Source of the DNA: Escherichia phage vB_EcoP_LNA3
Direction: 5' to 3' (one strand)
Sequence record: MZ311862.1
Length of the DNA stretch: 39,586 nucleotides
Both the position numbers and the translations under genes were made by a program. Below the pieces are notes generated by a model. That model was given only the letters and a program-made list of their open reading frames with translations. It was not told where the DNA came from and ran no database searches. Shown piece after piece: positions 37,852-39,586 of the stretch. Numbering within the stretch: position 1 is the stretch's first letter; each line of letters starts with the position of its first letter.

Positions 37852-38895
37852 ATGGCAAACGTTCCGGGTCAGAAAGTTGGTACAGACCAAGGTAAGGGCA
37901 AATCTGGTTCCGACGCTCTGGCGTTGTTCCTGAAGGTCTTTGCTGGCGAAGTCCTGACCGCATTCACTCGCCGCTCTGTAACTGCTGACAAGCATATTGT
38001 CCGTACCATTCAGAACGGTAAGTCTGCTCAGTTCCCGGTCATGGGTCGCACCTCTGGTGTGTATCTGGCTCCTGGTGAGCGACTGTCCGATAAGCGTAAA
38101 GGTATCAAACATACCGAGAAAGTGATTACCATTGATGGTCTGCTGACTGCCGATGTGATGATTTTCGACATTGAAGACGCGATGAACCACTATGACGTGG
38201 CTGGCGAGTACTCCAACCAGTTGGGCGAAGCTCTGGCTATCGCTGCCGATGGTGCTGTTCTGGCTGAAATGGCCACCCTGTGTAACCTCCCGGCTGCATC
38301 CAACGAGAACATTGCTGGTCTAGGCACTGCGTCCGTACTTGAAGTTGGTAAGAAAGCTGACCTCAACACCCCGGCTAAACTGGGCGAAGCAATCATCGGT
38401 CAACTGACCATTGCTCGTGCGAAGCTGACCTCCAACTACGTTCCTGCTGGCGACCGTTACTTCTACACCACGCCGGACAACTACTCTGCAATCCTCGCGG
38501 CTCTGATGCCGAACGCTGCTAACTATGCTGCGCTGATTGACCCAGAGACTGGTAACATCCGTAACGTAATGGGCTTCGTGGTTGTTGAAGTTCCACACTT
38601 GACTCAGGGTGGTGCTGGTGAAACTCGTGGTGACGATGGTATCACTATTGCGACTGGTCAGAAGCACGCCTTCCCAGCTACTGCTACTGGTGATGTTAAA
38701 GTTGCTCTGAACAACGTTGTGGGCCTGTTCTCTCACCGTTCTGCTGTGGGTACTGTGAAGCTGCGCGACTTGGCGCTGGAACGTGACCGTGACGTCGATG
38801 CTCAGGGCGACCTGATTGTTGGTAAATACGCTATGGGTCACGGTGGCCTGCGTCCTGAAGCGGCTGGCGCACTGGTTTTCAGCCCAGCGACGTAA
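37852..38895 (+). CDS. major capsid protein 10A
   Basis: 347 aa collinear with T7 gp10A (LALFLKVF.GEVLTAF, KHTEKVITIDGLLTADV, ...RDLALER..., ...KYAMGHGGLRPEAAGA). Confidence 0.97.
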   Translation: MANVPGQKVGTDQGKGKSGSDALALFLKVFAGEVLTAFTRRSVTADKHIVRTIQNGKSAQFPVMGRTSGVYLAPGERLSDKRKGIKHTEKVITIDGLLTADVMIFDIEDAMNHYDVAGEYSNQLGEALAIAADGAVLAEMATLCNLPAASNENIAGLGTASVLEVGKKADLNTPAKLGEAIIGQLTIARAKLTSNYVPAGDRYFYTTPDNYSAILAALMPNAANYAALIDPETGNIRNVMGFVVVEVPHLTQGGAGETRGDDGITIATGQKHAFPATATGDVKVALNNVVGLFSHRSAVGTVKLRDLALERDRDVDAQGDLIVGKYAMGHGGLRPEAAGALVFSPAT

Positions 38896-39026
38896 GCACC
38901 TTTAGCCAACCTAACGTCGCTACAGTAGCGGCTACACCTGAAGAGGAGACTCTAACTCCTCAACAGAAAGCTGCGCGTACTCGTGCTGCGAACAGGGCCG
39001 CTAAACTGGCTGAGTCCAACAACTAA
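37852..39026 (+). CDS. minor capsid protein 10B by programmed -1 frameshift (predicted)
   Basis: Heptamer G GTT TTC at 38874..38880, 13 nt before the 10A stop; the -1 frame is then open for 49 codons to TAA 39024..39026. Confidence 0.6.
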
Positions 39027-39032
39027 TTGAAA

Positions 39033-39069
39033 CCCCTTGGGTGCCTTCGGGTGCCTGAGGGGTTTTTTT
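39033..39069 (+). terminator. intrinsic terminator (T7 T-phi position)
   Basis: CCCCTTGGGTG / TGCCTGAGGGG arms (pairing includes G-U) followed by TTTTTTT, just after the 10B stop. Confidence 0.75.
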
Positions 39070-39186
39070 GCTTAAAGTGAGGATGATTATGTTTTACTTA
39101 CTTACAGCCTTGGGACTATTTGTTAGTTTCTGGGCGATTATACTATTAACCGGACCATGCAGTCCTTACGACAGATAGGAGGGAGT

Positions 39187-39586
39187 ATGGCTCAATACAT
39201 TCCACTGAATGCTAACGATGACTTAGACGCTATCAACGATATGTTAGCTGCTATCGGTGAACCGGCAGTCCTACAGCTTGACGAGGGGAACGCTGACGTC
39301 TCGAACGCCCAACGTATCCTGCATCGTGTCAATCGTCAGGTCCAAGCTAAAGGCTGGAACTTTAACATCAATGAAGCTGCTGTCCTGACACCTGATGTCC
39401 AAGACAATAGGATTCGATTCTTGCCGTCATACCTTCGTGTAATGACCGCTGGGGCCACCAGCTACTACAGCAACATGGGTGGATACCTGTACGACCTGTC
39501 CACTCAGTCGACCACTTTCACCGACCCTATCACGGTAGAGCTTGTGGAGATGAAGCCATTCTCCGAGATGCCTGTGGTCTTCAGGG
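39187..39586 (+). CDS. tail tubular protein A (gp11), N-terminal part; continues at 1..167
   Basis: MAQYIPLNANDDLDAINDMLAAIGEP...ILHRVNRQVQAKGWNFNI...EMPVVFR matches the T7 gp11 N-terminal region; GGAGGGAG Shine-Dalgarno; truncated by the window end. Confidence 0.85.
   Translation, partial: MAQYIPLNANDDLDAINDMLAAIGEPAVLQLDEGNADVSNAQRILHRVNRQVQAKGWNFNINEAAVLTPDVQDNRIRFLPSYLRVMTAGATSYYSNMGGYLYDLSTQSTTFTDPITVELVEMKPFSEMPVVFR

Overview
The window reads as a complete, circularly permuted genome of a T7-like lytic podophage (Autographiviridae), most closely resembling the K1-capsule-specific coliphage K1F as far as I can judge from memory without a database search. All credible genes are on the + strand in canonical T7 order. 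The window opens in the 3' end of tail gene 11 and closes in its 5' end, and the two parts join in frame. Order: tail tubular protein B, internal virion proteins 13-16, a 1064-aa tail spike, holin, small terminase, spanins, large terminase, the terminal-repeat and early-promoter region, an Ocr-like protein, RNA polymerase, 1.1, 1.2, ligase, the replication genes (SSB, endonuclease I, lysozyme, primase/helicase, DNA polymerase, 5.5, 5.7, exonuclease), then 6.7, 7, 7.3, portal, scaffold and major capsid with a frameshift extension. I found 11 copies of a phage promoter (consensus TAAACTATCACTATAGGGA), two sigma70-like early promoters, two intrinsic terminators at the T7 TE and T-phi positions, three copies of a conserved hairpin at T7 RNase III site positions, and a 16-bp tandem array near the predicted genome ends. 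I did not find an obviously new multi-gene system. The most unusual items are the endosialidase tail spike with a self-cleaving C-terminal chaperone domain, an Ocr homologue with a ~50-aa non-acidic tail, a phage promoter in front of the RNA polymerase gene, no gene 0.7 kinase, and several unrecognised ORFs at positions where T7 has none or a much smaller gene. No tRNA, CRISPR array, integrase or homing endonuclease was seen. All homology calls are from remembered T7 sequences, not from searches.
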